From positions 8,364 to 72,363 of the forward strand of contig CAZFAM010000004.1 of NCBI GenBank assembly GCA_964516425.1: DNA of 64,000 nt, written 5' to 3'. This DNA comes from an uncultured Bacteroidales bacterium (GTDB lineage Bacteria > Bacillota_I > Bacilli_A > ML615J-28 > CAG-698). Below are positions 63,244 to 64,000 of this stretch, in pieces. Position 1 is the stretch's first letter, and each line of letters begins with the position of its first letter. The notes beneath the pieces were generated by a model. That model made no database searches, was not told where the DNA came from, and saw nothing but the letters and a program-made list of their open reading frames with translations. A program made the translations under genes and the position numbers.

Positions 63244-63812
63244 AATAACACCTCAAAAATATTTTTTATATCTACATAAACATTCAATTTTTTTGCGTAT
63301 TCGTATAATTTATTAATATCTAAATATTTATTTTTATATTCTTTGATGGCATATGCTTTAACTTCTTCATCGCAAAAATCGAGCATAAATATATTACATA
63401 TACATCTTTCTTTATCATAGCAAGGCACTAAATTCCCCATTGGCGTTAATACATATTCCTTACCTAATTCATATATCATTTTATTTCTTAAAACTTTATA
63501 ATCTAGATTTTTTACATTTGAAACATTTTTTCCATATAAAAAATTCACTTGATAATGTTCAAATTGTTTAGGTGTTAATTCTTGTAAATATAATGCTGTA
63601 TTATTGGTATAAATTAAATCTTTATTTTTAAGATAATTTATATAAAAATCATCTTCTATAAAATCAGATAAAATATATACACCACTTGCAATTTTTTTTA
63701 TTAATCCCTGTTTACAAAGTCTTGTTAGATAAACAGTTGGTATATTCTTTTCTTTTAATGATTTGGCAAATATATATCCATTTATATTTAAATTTTTAAT
63801 TTTTTCAAACAT
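63234..63812 (-). CDS. abiEi: AbiEi family type IV antitoxin / transcriptional regulator
   Basis: N-terminal wHTH (LTRL...GLIKKIASGVY), TALYL, YDKERCIC; 10-nt overlap with the toxin start. Confidence 0.85.
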   Translation of the reverse strand: MFEKIKNLNINGYIFAKSLKEKNIPTVYLTRLCKQGLIKKIASGVYILSDFIEDDFYINYLKNKDLIYTNNTALYLQELTPKQFEHYQVNFLYGKNVSNVKNLDYKVLRNKMIYELGKEYVLTPMGNLVPCYDKERCICNIFMLDFCDEEVKAYAIKEYKNKYLDINKLYEYAKKLNVYVDIKNIFEVLLWD

Positions 63813-63828
63813 AAAAAACGTTCCTTTC

Positions 63829-63857
63829 TTGCTAACATTATATCATATTGTTAGTAA
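63829..63857 (-). promoter_or_regulatory. Inverted repeat flanking the extended -10 of the abiE promoter (putative autoregulatory operator)
   Basis: TTGCTAACA (63829-63837), 11 nt, TGTTAGTAA (63849-63857); minus-strand TG-A-TATAAT at 63845-63837. Confidence 0.6.
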
Positions 63858-64000
63858 AAAAACAACATATTTACTTTTTTTCAAAAATACATTTTTATTT
63901 TTTTAACTATTTTATGTCAGTCGCACTAAGATAAAGACTAATTATAATCATAATACCATTTTGATTAATTTTACCTCTACATCCAACAATAATTATAAAT

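Noticed and set aside
63907-63999. Open minus-strand frame at the right edge (FIIIVGCRGKINQNG...)
   Set aside because: Only 30 codons are visible and no start; cannot tell a gene end from chance

Overview
Very AT-rich chromosomal segment (roughly 25% GC by eye, not computed) of a low-GC Bacillota, most consistent with an Acholeplasmatales/Anaeroplasmataceae/RF39-like gut Bacilli lineage (inference). It uses genetic code 11: TGA is a stop, e.g. the sdaA stop overlapping the next ATG at 7678-7681. Nearly all genes are on the minus strand. Housekeeping content: NCS2 purine/uracil permeases with a guanine riboswitch, two MATEs, sdaA, gpsA, cls, pepF, asnA, ttcA, nadK, SWIM plus SNF2, nrdD-trxB, addB-addA-nrdG, mscL, rpsB-tsf-pyrH-frr and trmFO-xerC. 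There are four surface lipoproteins (M6 metalloprotease, InlB-repeat, DUF4097, collagen-like). No rRNA, tRNA, CRISPR array or transposase was recognised. Most interesting: (1) a type IV AbiE toxin-antitoxin locus whose AbiEii nucleotidyltransferase is fused to an intact histidine phosphatase and carries a 1-nt frameshift exactly in its DxD motif; (2) a class III RNR with an SMCCRL loop, a fused glutaredoxin-like domain and a translationally coupled trxB; (3) two YghO/bacterial ceramide synthase-like GNAT paralogs; (4) a collagen/InlB/beta-helix lipoprotein broken by a single in-frame TAA; (5) two small ORFs with good RBSs missed by the ORF track.
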